Source of the DNA: Diplonema japonicum
Taxonomy: Eukaryota; Protista; Euglenozoa: Diplonemea
DNA: 64,000 bases
Reading direction: 5' to 3'
NCBI GenBank assembly: GCA_964019335.1
Contig: OZ025699.1
Coordinates: 372,001 to 436,000, forward strand
The translations under genes and the position numbers were made by a program. Under the pieces are notes generated by a model. That model made no database searches, was not told where the DNA came from, and saw only the letters and a program-made list of their open reading frames with translations. Positions 21,688-32,706 of the stretch are shown here, in pieces; within the stretch, counting starts at the first letter, position 1; every line of letters starts with the position of its first letter.

Positions 21688-22463
21688 CAGCAGCGCGTCG
21701 AACTGCGGGCAGTACCCAAGCTCCCTCTTCGCCTCCGCAGCGTCCGTCACTACGTCGTGGCCCTTGATCGAGGCCGTCCCCGCCGTCGGGGCGTAGTCCC
21801 CCGCCAGAACGGAGATGGTGCTCGTCTTCCCCGCCCCGTTCGTCCCCAAGAAGGCGAAGATCTCGTCCGTCTTCACACCGAACGTCACCTCGCGCACCGC
21901 GACCTTCGGAGGCTGGTTCCCGCGGGCCGGGTACACCTTTCGCACCCCGCGCACCTCCACCACGTCCCCGTCCCGCTTCGCCATCACCGCTGCCTTCTCC
22001 GCTGCGACGTCGTCGTCCATGATGGCGGCCCTTTCGTCCGCCACCCCGTCCGTGTTGGGAGGCGTCCGCAGCCCGAGCTTGTACCAGATCTCCGGGAAGT
22101 CGTGCGACATCGCCCCAAACGCGTACAGGGGGAACATGATGCACATGAACACGATGTCCCACCCCACCACGTCCATCGACAGCGGCGTGTCGGAGGTCGC
22201 TCCCATTCTGCGGTTCGCCGGCAGCTGTGCCAAGGCCAGGACCCCGTCCCCGAGGCAGAAGGCCGGGACCACGCGGAAGATGAACCGCAGCACCTTCGCC
22301 ACGTCCTTCGTTGAGCTGAGTAGCTGCAGAATCGCGATTGTGATGGTCAGCGCGAACCCCGAGAAGTAGTTCCCGAGCAGCACCGTGTTCTGCCCCGTCG
22401 TGGCGCTCTCGAAGTAGAAGGATGCAAAGTACGAGGCGAAGATCGCGGTCACCCCGTAGAAGA
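21688..22463 (-). pseudogene. Partial ABCA paralog fragment
   Basis: Near-identical to 33388-34179 except for two variant patches; has no start or end of the gene. Confidence 0.85.
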
Positions 22464-22567
22464 ACTTTTAAAAATGCCATAAAACTTCGTCTTACTTTTT
22501 TTCCTCCCCTGGCACGTAACAAAAAAAAAAAAAAAGAAGAAGAAGAAGAAAGAAGAGCGAAAATATT

Positions 22568-22815
22568 AAAACACACGTTCATAAAAAAACCATCACACAG
22601 TTTTCGGCGGAAGAAGAGGCTGCACTTCCTTCGACTGTTCTATTTCATCACGTTGCCACCGCCTGCTCCTGCTCGTAGATAAGACGCTTATAGTCAGGTG
22701 CACGGCATCCCCCAACTAACGAACGCAGCCAACCCACAAGCGGATATAACATTTCAGCGCCAAGCCCCATCGACAACTAATAAAAAGCCCGAAGCACCCC
22801 GAACAAAAGGCCTTT
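22568..22815 (-). repeat. Degraded tandem duplicate of the MFS gene 3' end
   Basis: Copies 22818-22972 plus pieces of 23119-23200, with indels. Confidence 0.8.
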
Positions 22816-22833
22816 TTAAAACACACGTTCACA

Positions 22834-24237
22834 TCACACGGTTTTCGGCGGAAGAAGAGGCTGCACTTCCTTCGACTGTTCTATTTCATCACGTTGCACC
22901 ACCTGCTCCTGCTCGTAGATAAGACGCTTATAGTCAGGTGCACGGCATCCCCCAACTAACGCAGCCAACCCACACGCCACATAAAGCACCATCGATATAA
23001 TGAACACAGTGAGCTTATACTCCTTTTCGTCAAGAAGATATTGGAAGAAAGAGATGAATGCAATGCCAAAAACCTGACCGGATGAGACAAGCAACCCAAC
23101 AGGAAGCGCTTCATCCAGCGGGTATAACATTTCAGCGCCAAGTTCCATGGACAGCGGGATGACAGGCATGATAAAAAGCCCGAAGCACCCCGAGCAAAGG
23201 CACAGCAGAACAAGCCTGTCGTTCCCTAAACAGAGGTAAAAAGCGAACAATGCAGTCGAACCGATACCCATCCACAGCAACAAAACAGATTTGTACCAGT
23301 GTGTCTTGTCGATTATGACACCAGTGACACCTGAACCGATGAATCCTGCCACGATGCTCACAGCGCTACAGATAGATGTTTCGGTATTGTCGTACCCATA
23401 AGGCGTAAGGATCTGGTTCATGACGGTGGCAAGGGTGTTGAAAGCGCCAAGAGCAAGGCCGAATGATAGACAAAGCAGCATGAAATACCCGTTTTTAAAA
23501 GCGATTTTTAATGTTGTTGCGTAAGTGGCTGCTTGGGATTCATTGCCTGTTGACGCGGATGGAGGTGTCAACGGGGCAGCGGTTACAACAACATATGAAA
23601 GAACACACGCGGCAAAAGCAATACACGCGAAAATCACGTTCACGATAAGCACGCCATCTGCATCGGAAGGAGTGGCATCGGTGTTAGAGGAATCGATGGA
23701 TTCAACGAATATAGGTGGGACGACAAACCCAAGCGCAGACCCGATCAGCTGCGCTGAAGAACCTATCACGGTTGCCAACGCCCTCTCATCATCCGGGAAC
23801 CACATCGCCGACACCTTTGCCGGAGCGTTTAACAGAAACGGTTGACCGATCGCCACCAACGACTGCCCTATAACAACAGCGGGAAACGTTGCTTTCGACA
23901 TTCCCACTATACGAAGCCCCGCTCCTATAAACCCGAGCCCACTTCCAAATAATACACCAGTTCTCAGGCCGTACTTCTCGAGGACCCAGCACGCGGGGAA
24001 ATTCACGGGGAGGTACCAAAACATGAAAAGCATGGACAGAATGTCGATCCATGTGGTGGAGACCTCATAGTAGAGCGAGGCCTCGTGGGTGATCTGAGAG
24101 TACGTGATCCAACAAGCGCTGTTTACCATAAGGCAGAGGCTGAAAACTCCTAGAACCAACCACCTTTTGGGGTAGGCCGTGTATTCGGCTGCTTGGGACT
24201 CGTCCATGATGTTTCCTCTCTCCCCCCCTACCCCCAT
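22834..24237 (-). CDS. MFS transporter, FLVCR/SLC49-like
   Basis: YPKRWLVL N-terminal motif, GQPFLLNAPAKVSAMWFPDDERALAT, ELGAEMLYP, about 12 TM segments. Confidence 0.85.
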   Translation of the reverse strand: MGVGGERGNIMDESQAAEYTAYPKRWLVLGVFSLCLMVNSACWITYSQITHEASLYYEVSTTWIDILSMLFMFWYLPVNFPACWVLEKYGLRTGVLFGSGLGFIGAGLRIVGMSKATFPAVVIGQSLVAIGQPFLLNAPAKVSAMWFPDDERALATVIGSSAQLIGSALGFVVPPIFVESIDSSNTDATPSDADGVLIVNVIFACIAFAACVLSYVVVTAAPLTPPSASTGNESQAATYATTLKIAFKNGYFMLLCLSFGLALGAFNTLATVMNQILTPYGYDNTETSICSAVSIVAGFIGSGVTGVIIDKTHWYKSVLLLWMGIGSTALFAFYLCLGNDRLVLLCLCSGCFGLFIMPVIPLSMELGAEMLYPLDEALPVGLLVSSGQVFGIAFISFFQYLLDEKEYKLTVFIISMVLYVACGLAALVGGCRAPDYKRLIYEQEQVVQRDEIEQSKEVQPLLPPKTV

Positions 24238-24885
24238 CTGAGATTTTCCTTTTTTTTTTTTTTTTTTTGAGCAGTGGTTTAATTTTCACAAGCGAAGTGG
24301 AGACGCTTCCAATCCAAACAGGCCGAGCATCGACACCTACTTCAACTCGAAAAATAGCAAAGCTCTACATTTAGGTGGGCAGAAATTCTCTCATGCAACT
24401 TTTTACAGAATTAAGTATAAAAAAGAAAAATATAAAAAAGAGAGAATAAGAAGAAGAAGAAAAAGAAAGAGGGGGAGAAAGGAGTACGAAAGAAAAGGAA
24501 GAAAGTTGTTCAAGAAGAAGGAATGGGGGGGATGGGGTGGTGTTTTTCACAATAAAACAAGTCAAAAAACTGTGGGGTTGTGAACAACCCTAGTTGTCGT
24601 TTACCCATTGTACTGTTAACATAAATTCTTCTTGGCATCCATGCCCCCCCCCCCCCCCCCCATCCATGAAGGGGGAAAAAGAAAGAAAAAAAAAAGAAGA
24701 ATAAAAAAAAAAAAGAGAGAGAGAGAGAGAGAGAAGATATTCCACATTCCCCGTACAAACTTTTTTTTTTTTTTTTAAAGAATTGCTCAGGTTCTTTAAG
24801 AAAGAGATTATTCATAACATGTAACACTGCCAAAGCATTCTTTTTTTTTTTTTCTTTCTTTTTTTTTCTAGTAATATTAGTTACT

Positions 24886-24926
<41 letters not shown>

Positions 24927-25870
24927 GGAGTGTTTGAGTTTTCCCCTTTTGTTTAGACTAGCCAAAGACTAGTGGGCGGAGGAGGAGGGGGGGGGGACTA
25001 CAATCTCGTTAGAGGGGGAAAAGCTTTTTTTTCGTTTACATATAGCAAAAGATCAGGGGAGGGAGGGGCAATTTTTCAAAAACGGCATATCGACTACACA
25101 AAGAGGTTTCACCAGTCCGTAGCCCCCATGTCCCTATTTAGCTTTTCTTTAATTCTTCACCAATGTACACCCAAATCCAGTATTTGAAAAAAAAAGGGGG
25201 GGGAAAAAAAGAGTCGGTTGATTGTTGTTGTTGACGAGCCCAACAAGATGCCCAGTATTCTTTTTTTCTTTTTTTTTTTTCTTTTTTAGCGCTAACTATT
25301 GTCAGCAATTTGTTTGTACATGCGGAATAATAATAAAAAAAAAAAAAAAAAAAAAGAAGAAGAAGAAGAAGAGAAGAAAAAAAATAAAAAAGAAAAAAAA
25401 GAGAGAGAGAAAAAAAAAAAAAAAGATGTCTTTGAGGGAACCTGCAGTATGTGACAGGATCGCCTAAAAAAAAAAACTCAAAGTGCAAAAAAAAAAAAAA
25501 AAAAAACAACTTTGATTGCTTCACAACTTCTTTTTCCGCGCTGAAGGATGCATGGCTGCGGGAGGTGGGTTTGAGCAAAAAAAAAAAAAAAAAAAAAAAA
25601 AGAGTCGGTTGGTTGTTGTTTGTGCACAGCCAACCGGGATTGACAAACACTGTTTTGGGATAAGCCCAACAATGCCACCACTACTCTTTTTAACAATAAC
25701 AATTCATTATCAATATATTGCTTTTCTTGTTCATGCGGAAGAAAAAAAAAAAAAAAAAAAAAAAAAAACAGCAACGAGGGTTAATAGATAATGGCTCATT
25801 TGGCGGGGTAACTATTTCGCCGTGGCATTCTAAAGGGGAAAGGCCACAGATGGCAAAAAATCAAGATACT

Positions 25871-25923
<53 letters not shown>

Positions 25924-26322
25924 CCCACTGAAGCGCAATAATGGGCGAGCAGCGTTAAATAAGTGAGCGAAATGTTTCATAGTCCCCACAGCTGCTCTGG
26001 GGGAGTTTGTGGTCTAACATGTGCGACCAAAATGCGACCCATGTTACCCCTGTGTGCCTCTGGGTGAAAGTTGTTCGCTTGGCAGTGCCTTTATTCTTGT
26101 CTCTCCGCCGAGCAGCACCCCGGCACAGACCTCCCTGAAATGATTCGCTTTTTTTTTTTTTTTTTTTTTGCCTCCAAAGAAAAGGAGGGACGACTGTTGT
26201 GCTCCTTTTAACCAAAATCTATTTTTCTTTTTTTTTTTTTTTTAAAAAATAAATTCTTCTTCTTCTTTTTTTTTGTTTTTTTTTTTGTTTTTCTTTTTTG
26301 GAAAAAAAAGAGAAAAAAAAAA

Positions 26323-27337
26323 AGAGATGAGATAAAGGAGGTTCCTGTTTTGGAACGTCCCCCTTGTCTCTACTTATCTACCCCTTTCTCCCTTCTGGGG
26401 CCTCGGCCTTTCTTTCTTTTTTGGCTGTGTTGCCTTCCTCAAAGTATCCTCCCTTTCTTCTTGCCACTTTCTGCCCAGTTTCTTAAGGTCCTTCTTGGTT
26501 TTCTCTGATGCAAAAACTGGCCTTCTGTTCCATCCCAGACTCTTCTTCGCACCTATGGTTCTAAGCCCGTGGTTCTTCTTGCTCTCCGCTGGGAAGATCC
26601 GCTTGCCTCTGACCTTCTTCTGTATGCGTGCTGTGTCCCACCCTTCTTGGATTCTTTCCAGGAGGCCGTGGAAACTCCGCGCTTTCTTCTGTATCATGTC
26701 TAGATCACCCTTCTTCCCCGTGATCGGCTCGACGCCCAGCGTGTTCTCGAAGTCTAGTACGAGTTCCATTGTGGTGACTGTCGTCTTCCTCGGTCCATCG
26801 TACCACTTCAGCTTTTTGAGCCACTTGACGATGTCTTCACCGTGCTTCATCATCAGGCTCCCGCTCACATGCTTCCTCAGCTCCTTCCATTCAGGTGGCG
26901 CATGAGCGTTTCCTTCCGTTATCTGTTCCCAGGGGTGCGTCGTGTACGTTTCTAGCTTTCTCTTGTCCTGGAGAAGCTGGTCCCGTTTTGCCACCACTTC
27001 CAGCAGGTAGTATTGCGTCTTCCTCAGCCGGTGTTGGTGTGTTCGGTGACCACGCGGGAGCGTTCCATGTAGCTGCATGCAGATTGGCATTTCCGTCTTG
27101 CTGGCCACTACTTCTGCATGTACTTCCTTCTGTTGCACCTCCTTCGCCACACTGCATTCCCATAATGCGTGTCGCAGCATGTTGCTCTCGTCCTCCTCTG
27201 CACCGCACGCGTCGCATGTGACTTCGTCTGTTGTTGGTCTCTTGTTCACACGCTCGTGTGTCTCGTCCCCTTCCTCTTCCGAGCTGTCCTCGCTTTCGCT
27301 CTGCTCGCCCTCTGGGGGTGGTACCCGTCTGGTGATT
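26323..27337 (-). mobile_element. 5'-truncated LINE-like element (zinc knuckle plus C-terminal domain)
   Basis: CDAC..HALWEC CCHC motif. Nearly identical to 50335-51348. A-runs on both sides on +. Confidence 0.8.
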
Positions 27338-27392
27338 AAAAAAAACTTTCAAAACTTTTACAAAGACCCCGGCCCACAGTCAAGCCAGGGGT

Positions 27393-27424
<32 letters not shown>

Positions 27425-27428
<4 letters not shown>

Positions 27429-27482
27429 TAAGTAGAGACAAGGGGGACGTTCCAAGACAGGAACCTCCTTTATCTCATCTCT
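27425..27482 (+). mobile_element. Inverted copy of the LINE-like 3' terminus, embedded in poly-T
   Basis: Reverse complement of about 26323-26379 with one mismatch. Confidence 0.8.
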
Positions 27483-27503
27483 TTTTTTTTTTTTTTTTTT
27501 TTT

Positions 27504-29006
27504 TCAGAACGGCAGAGAAGGGAACGACTTCCTCGGGCTGCTTGGGGGTTGCACATCAAAGTCAATAGTTAACGTCCTCAAGGTGCGGTCGAAGTGAAGG
27601 CTCTTGGGCCCGTTCAGCACAGAAAAAGGCAACCGAGAATGAAAGAGGTTCACGATCCCTACCGAATTAGGCAGCATCTCCAAGTGCGCAAAGTTCATTT
27701 CGTAAGTAATCGGCAGGCTAACATTAACCGTAAGCCCCAAAGGGATGCCATCAGCGGTCTTGTCCCCCCCGTACTGCTTGAAGGTGACCATCGGCTCCTC
27801 AGTAGAAACAAAAACGGTTTCGGACACCTTCAGATCCATAAGGAGGAGGTTCGTGCTTTTGTTAAAGTGGAAGCAAAGAGGGTTTCTATCAACAGGCATC
27901 GGCAGGTAAAACTCAAACAGTTTCGGGACGAAAACACGGTTGCCTATAATCTGTAGGGCTGCCAGGGACACACCGTAAACGTGCGGCAAGTCCACCTCCA
28001 CGAGGAACCCTTCAGGAACGGACCCCCGACCGTACTTTCGAACCACAACTGTTTGTTTTGCAGCCTCTGTGAAGACGGTTCCCTTTGACGAAGTGTCGAA
28101 TTGAACCCTTTCACTGGAACCTCTTCTCGACATATCGCTCCAGTATTCCAGTACTTCATCGCTCGGCCGGCTCCAGTTTCTTGCTGCCCAGCTGTCATCC
28201 GTCATTTCTGATGAGTCCTCCGGCGCTATTTTAAATTCTATCGTTAGAACCTGCCCGGTCTGGTCATACCCGAAGCTGACAGGTGTAGTTTCTACAGCGA
28301 TAGGAAGGGGTATATCGAAGAGCAAAGGTACACGTACGTTCGTAGGAGTGACCTCCAACGACGATACACGCAAGTCGCGGATCGCCTGTGTCGTTACATG
28401 CACTTCTACGACAAGTGAATCCGCTGCTCTGTTCTGCCTTCGCATCTTCATATGGGTCGCCTCGCAACTGGCCTCCGAGGACTCGCTCGACAAGTGTGCT
28501 CGGTACAAATTGAAGGAAAGCTGCGGCATTACCTCGCTCCCGCGATATATACGCCAGCAAGCAATCGAGGCAACAACAGCGAAAACGCGTCTCAGATCGA
28601 TGTTGGCAATCAAATTGAAAGAGTTTTTGCTACAAAGGGAGTTGCGATTTAGGCTGCGAGAATTGACCGCTGTAGTGCTTGTCGTGAGCTTCGGGCTGGC
28701 GACTGAATGAAGGTCTACATTTTCAATATTATCGTCTGTGACAAAGAGCGACTTCCACATTGAGAAATAAGGACTCCCAACGGTGTTTGAAATGGAAGCA
28801 ACAATAATTGCCGACACCACAGCTGTTGATCTGCACGTGGCAACCAGGAGGCACGCCCTTGAAGCGATGGCGCCGGACACGATCAGTACCCCTTCCACCA
28901 TGTTATAGATGTCCGCGCTTCTTTGGAACGAGAAACGCTTTCTGATCTTGGGCGGTGGCTTTACTAAAACTATCATGTTGTCCAAGCTGTTCGTTCGCAC
29001 TTTCAT
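27504..29006 (-). CDS. Protein with three tandem PIH1-CS/HSP20-like domains
   Basis: Three repeats of L.V.V.(LP)...LF...LP..V......(F/Y)....L.(I/M)...; start placed at MKVRTNS because the upstream part of the ORF is translated homopolymer. Confidence 0.65.
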   Translation of the reverse strand: MKVRTNSLDNMIVLVKPPPKIRKRFSFQRSADIYNMVEGVLIVSGAIASRACLLVATCRSTAVVSAIIVASISNTVGSPYFSMWKSLFVTDDNIENVDLHSVASPKLTTSTTAVNSRSLNRNSLCSKNSFNLIANIDLRRVFAVVASIACWRIYRGSEVMPQLSFNLYRAHLSSESSEASCEATHMKMRRQNRAADSLVVEVHVTTQAIRDLRVSSLEVTPTNVRVPLLFDIPLPIAVETTPVSFGYDQTGQVLTIEFKIAPEDSSEMTDDSWAARNWSRPSDEVLEYWSDMSRRGSSERVQFDTSSKGTVFTEAAKQTVVVRKYGRGSVPEGFLVEVDLPHVYGVSLAALQIIGNRVFVPKLFEFYLPMPVDRNPLCFHFNKSTNLLLMDLKVSETVFVSTEEPMVTFKQYGGDKTADGIPLGLTVNVSLPITYEMNFAHLEMLPNSVGIVNLFHSRLPFSVLNGPKSLHFDRTLRTLTIDFDVQPPSSPRKSFPSLPF

Positions 29007-29396
29007 CTCTCCCCCCCCCCCCCCCCCCACTCCCAGAAATTCTAAACAGTTTTTTTTTTTTTTTTTTCCGGATGCCGGTGAAAAAAAGTATGGGGGGGGG
29101 GGGGAGGGAGAAAGAAAAAAAAGGAGGAAACAAAAGGGGAACGTTGGCAACGTGTTCGGGTTGACAAACTTCTCCAGGGTTTTACCCGGCACGTACAAAC
29201 AAAAAGATGACGGTACTAGACTGGGGTGATCTGGTCCAATACGCGGACCTGGACTACCCCTCGGGAAGTACCGGCACGTACAAACAACGGCCAGTTCCTC
29301 TTTTTTTTTTTTTTTTTTTGTTACAAAGCATTTATCTTTCAAAAAAAGAAATTGATTTTTATAACTAAGTGCAACTTGTGCTGAGCAGCTTTTTAA

Positions 29397-29427
<31 letters not shown>

Positions 29428-29602
29428 GCTCGTGCGAAAAAAACGCTACCCGAAGGACCCTTTTGTTTTGATGTCCCCCCCCCCCCCCCCCCCTCCCCCC
29501 CAAAAAAAAAACTCCATGCACCTGAAATATATTTTCGCATCAACTACTATGCCTGGGGGGAGAGGGAGGTGAAAATAACCCTTTCTTGTAAAAGACGGGA
29601 AT

Positions 29603-31276
29603 TCACAACGAGACCCTGGAACGGCCAAGAATGCAGTCCCGAAGCCTGGTCCCTTGCGGCGAAGCAGGTATGTGCTTGGAGGAGCGGCTTCTTCCAGCGT
29701 CAGTTGGTGGGGACTTCATGCGCACCGTCATGTTCATGATGTCTACATATCTTCGTTCTGTCTCGGCTTCGAATACTTTTCGCAGATCGGCAGAATTCGA
29801 CAAAACATCAGTGAATCGTTCTTTTGTTAAACGGTACAGCACGCATGAGGTGAGGGAGCGTACCGATGCCACGCGAACCGTCTCGTGGAGCAAGGCTATC
29901 TCACCAAACCAAGACCCTTCTGTCAGATTCGCCGCCCAAATCTCATCTTCTGTGTCGTTGTCTTCCGACGGAACGAGCACCTCCACCACCCCATTTGACA
30001 AGAAGTACATCTCCTTTCCGATATCACCGGCGTGAATAATCTTCACCCTCGGGGCGTAGTAGACATCCTCTAATTCCCAAGATAGCATTTTTACCGTTTC
30101 GTCGGAAAGATGACTGTACATCGGGACGCGTCTGAGGAGGTTACACTTCATGTGTAGCCCTATTTTCTCTTGAATGAAATCGGGTAGTTCTGCGAGTACG
30201 CCTTGATAGTCTCGAAGCGAGGCTTCGAGGATGACAGGGTAGACAGTGAAGGCTTCTCGTTGTAGAGCCCACGGGATGTGATTGCGTTCTAATAGAGATT
30301 CGAGTCTACGGCGCCGTTGAAGCGTCATAAGTTTGAACGGATCGGTGGTGATGAAGAACGCACCGGCACGGCCTCCGACAAACATCGCAAACAGCAAACC
30401 GAGGATTTGTATGATGCAAGAGAACATTCTTGTACCAGAGTCGCTTGGGATGGCGTCTCCATACCCCGTGCTTGTAATGGTAGTTACGACAAAGTAAACA
30501 GCGTCGATATACACTAAAACGAGGTCTTCTTCTCCATTTTGCGTTTTTCTCCCCGTCAATGCCATCCAAATGCACGCACTTAAATGCAGAACGAGAATGG
30601 AATAGAACGCGGCGAAGCTTAGCTCCACCCACCATTGGATAGACCGGCTCGGCGTCGATCTATTGAATAGTTTTTTGTTCAGTTTCACCAAACGAACAAC
30701 CCGTAAAGCAGCGAAGTGCATCCCCCATGTCCCACCCATCGAAAAATGCACCATTACATCTATTGGAAAGCTAGCAGTCAGGTCGAAACAAAGCGAGTTT
30801 TTCAAGTACTCAGCGCGCAGGACATTTATGTCATCGGTCACGTCATAGCAGCGCAGCTGGCAAGTACTCGACTGCACGTATATATCCGCCATCCAAAAAA
30901 AACTCAAAAATATCCTAACTATGGCGTAATACACAGAAACGCCCACTGTGTGCTCCCCGTCTCGTACGGTAAAGACAGCCAGCAACCAAATCACCGTTTC
31001 GCATAAAGTGAAAAACATGTACACAGCATCCCAAGCCACGCGAAATTGTGAATCGGGAAGGAACACATCCGACGGAGCGGGGGGGATGACTAAGGACCTC
31101 CGTTCGCCCCTTTTGTATTTCTGCTTGCTTTGCTGCTGGATCGATGCTTTTTCCGGGTCTTGCGCCGTGATCGCACTCGACCTGCGGGACTCGAGATCGG
31201 TAACTGCTTTTTCCAGATTATGGAGTAGATCGGTGATCCCCTCTTTCTTCTTCCGGTTCGGTTTTGGGGACAGCAT
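29603..31276 (-). CDS. Cyclic-nucleotide-binding-domain potassium channel (KCNH/HCN-like)
   Basis: S4 ALRVVRLVKL; filter TTITSTGYGD; C-linker; CNBD FGEIALLHETVRVASVRS. Confidence 0.9.
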   Translation of the reverse strand: MLSPKPNRKKKEGITDLLHNLEKAVTDLESRRSSAITAQDPEKASIQQQSKQKYKRGERRSLVIPPAPSDVFLPDSQFRVAWDAVYMFFTLCETVIWLLAVFTVRDGEHTVGVSVYYAIVRIFLSFFWMADIYVQSSTCQLRCYDVTDDINVLRAEYLKNSLCFDLTASFPIDVMVHFSMGGTWGMHFAALRVVRLVKLNKKLFNRSTPSRSIQWWVELSFAAFYSILVLHLSACIWMALTGRKTQNGEEDLVLVYIDAVYFVVTTITSTGYGDAIPSDSGTRMFSCIIQILGLLFAMFVGGRAGAFFITTDPFKLMTLQRRRRLESLLERNHIPWALQREAFTVYPVILEASLRDYQGVLAELPDFIQEKIGLHMKCNLLRRVPMYSHLSDETVKMLSWELEDVYYAPRVKIIHAGDIGKEMYFLSNGVVEVLVPSEDNDTEDEIWAANLTEGSWFGEIALLHETVRVASVRSLTSCVLYRLTKERFTDVLSNSADLRKVFEAETERRYVDIMNMTVRMKSPPTDAGRSRSSKHIPASPQGTRLRDCILGRSRVSL

Positions 31277-31783
31277 TTTTTTTTTCTTTTTCCGCCTTAA
31301 AAAAAAATGTGTGTTGGGATTAAAAAGAGGGGGGGAACAAAAAAACAAAAGTGGGGGGGGGGGGGTAACACAGTGGAGTATGTATATAATTAGAGAGGAA
31401 GAGAAAAGTGTTGGGGAAGGGGGGGGAAGGGTTTCCTCTTTTTTTTTTTTTTTTTCAATAAATGAAAAAAAAAAAACCTATTGGAGGAAATCATTGTCAG
31501 AGGGTAAGAATCATGATCTAACCCCCTGGCAAAAAAAAAACAAAAAAAAGTTAAAAGAAGAGAATAAATAGGGAAAGGGATTTTCAGTTTTTTTTCTCTT
31601 TTTTTTTTTTTTTTCTATATCTGCGGAGAGTAGAAAAAAAAGAAGAAAGAAAACAAGCTAGAGATGTGGTTAGAGGGAAAGGATGGGAGGGACATTGTAT
31701 CAGTCAGCAGAGCTCAGTTGGGCCTGCCATGTAAAAAAGGTAAAAAAAGGGGGGGGGGAAGTTTAAGCTAGTTCCTTTTTTTC

Positions 31784-31815
<32 letters not shown>

Positions 31816-31962
31816 CTTTTGGTCAGTTAAAAAAAAAAAACGCCAAAAAAAAAAAAGAAAAAGAAAAGAAAAAGAAAAGAAAAAAGAGAATTTCCATAGT
31901 GTAAAACATTGAATAATGAAGCATTGTGAAATAGTTTCCTCTTTTCTTCCCCCCACCCCCCT

Positions 31963-31995
<33 letters not shown>

Positions 31996-32706
31996 CTCCC
32001 CTCATTCTTTCATTTTTCTTGCTTTCTCTATGTTTGCTTTTTTTTTTCCTCTCCATTGCCTTTTCTTCTTTTCTTTTTGTTGTGGGGAAATAAAAACATG
32101 AGAAAGTAGAAAAAGAAAGAAACAAAAAAGTAAGGGAGAAAAATTTAAACAGGGTGGCATTTTCAAGGATACTATGGTGAACAAAAAAAAAAAAAAAAAA
32201 AGAGAACAAGGCAGCTGTTTGTCAGATGAGTAGGCAAAACTGGAGAAGTTTATAACCAGAATCACGCCAACGTTCCACTTTTTTGTAGAGAGTCAAAAAG
32301 AAGAAGAAAATGCAAAACGACAAAGTAGGTAGGTTTCAGGGCAGAATGATAACCCTCAAACAAACAAACAAAAAAAAAAACAAAAAAAAATTAAAATAAA
32401 CGGGGAAATCACAAAGTCCCCTTTTTTGCCTCGTAGTTGAAAGAAGAAAAAAAAAAAAAAAAAAAAAAAAAGGAAAAAGGAAAAGCATCACTATGGTTTT
32501 GGTAAAAGGGGGAAATTTTAAATATATTTAAAAGAGGAAAGTAGGAGGAAAGCGGTGTTTTTATTTCTTTTAGTTCCTTTTTTTTTCTTTTTTTTTCTTT
32601 TTTTTTTTTTTTTTTCTGATCGTACATTATTATAAAAAAAAAACCCCCCACCACCATTTTCCCTCCCTCTCTATAACCCCTCTTCTATGTCTCTCTTCTA
32701 TGCCTT

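Noticed and set aside
22834-24237. FLVCR-like transporter as a DMSP-pathway partner of DSYB
   Set aside because: 16 kb away, a widespread family, and no sequence evidence for the link.
24300-26300. Many poly-K/poly-F ORFs here and at 20.2-21.0, 31.3-32.7, 51.6-53.2 and 60.3-61.3 kb
   Set aside because: Translations of A/T homopolymer spacers.
28205-28230. Hammerhead cores at CTGATGA (also near 19906 and 63160)
   Set aside because: No supporting stems or correctly placed GAAA.
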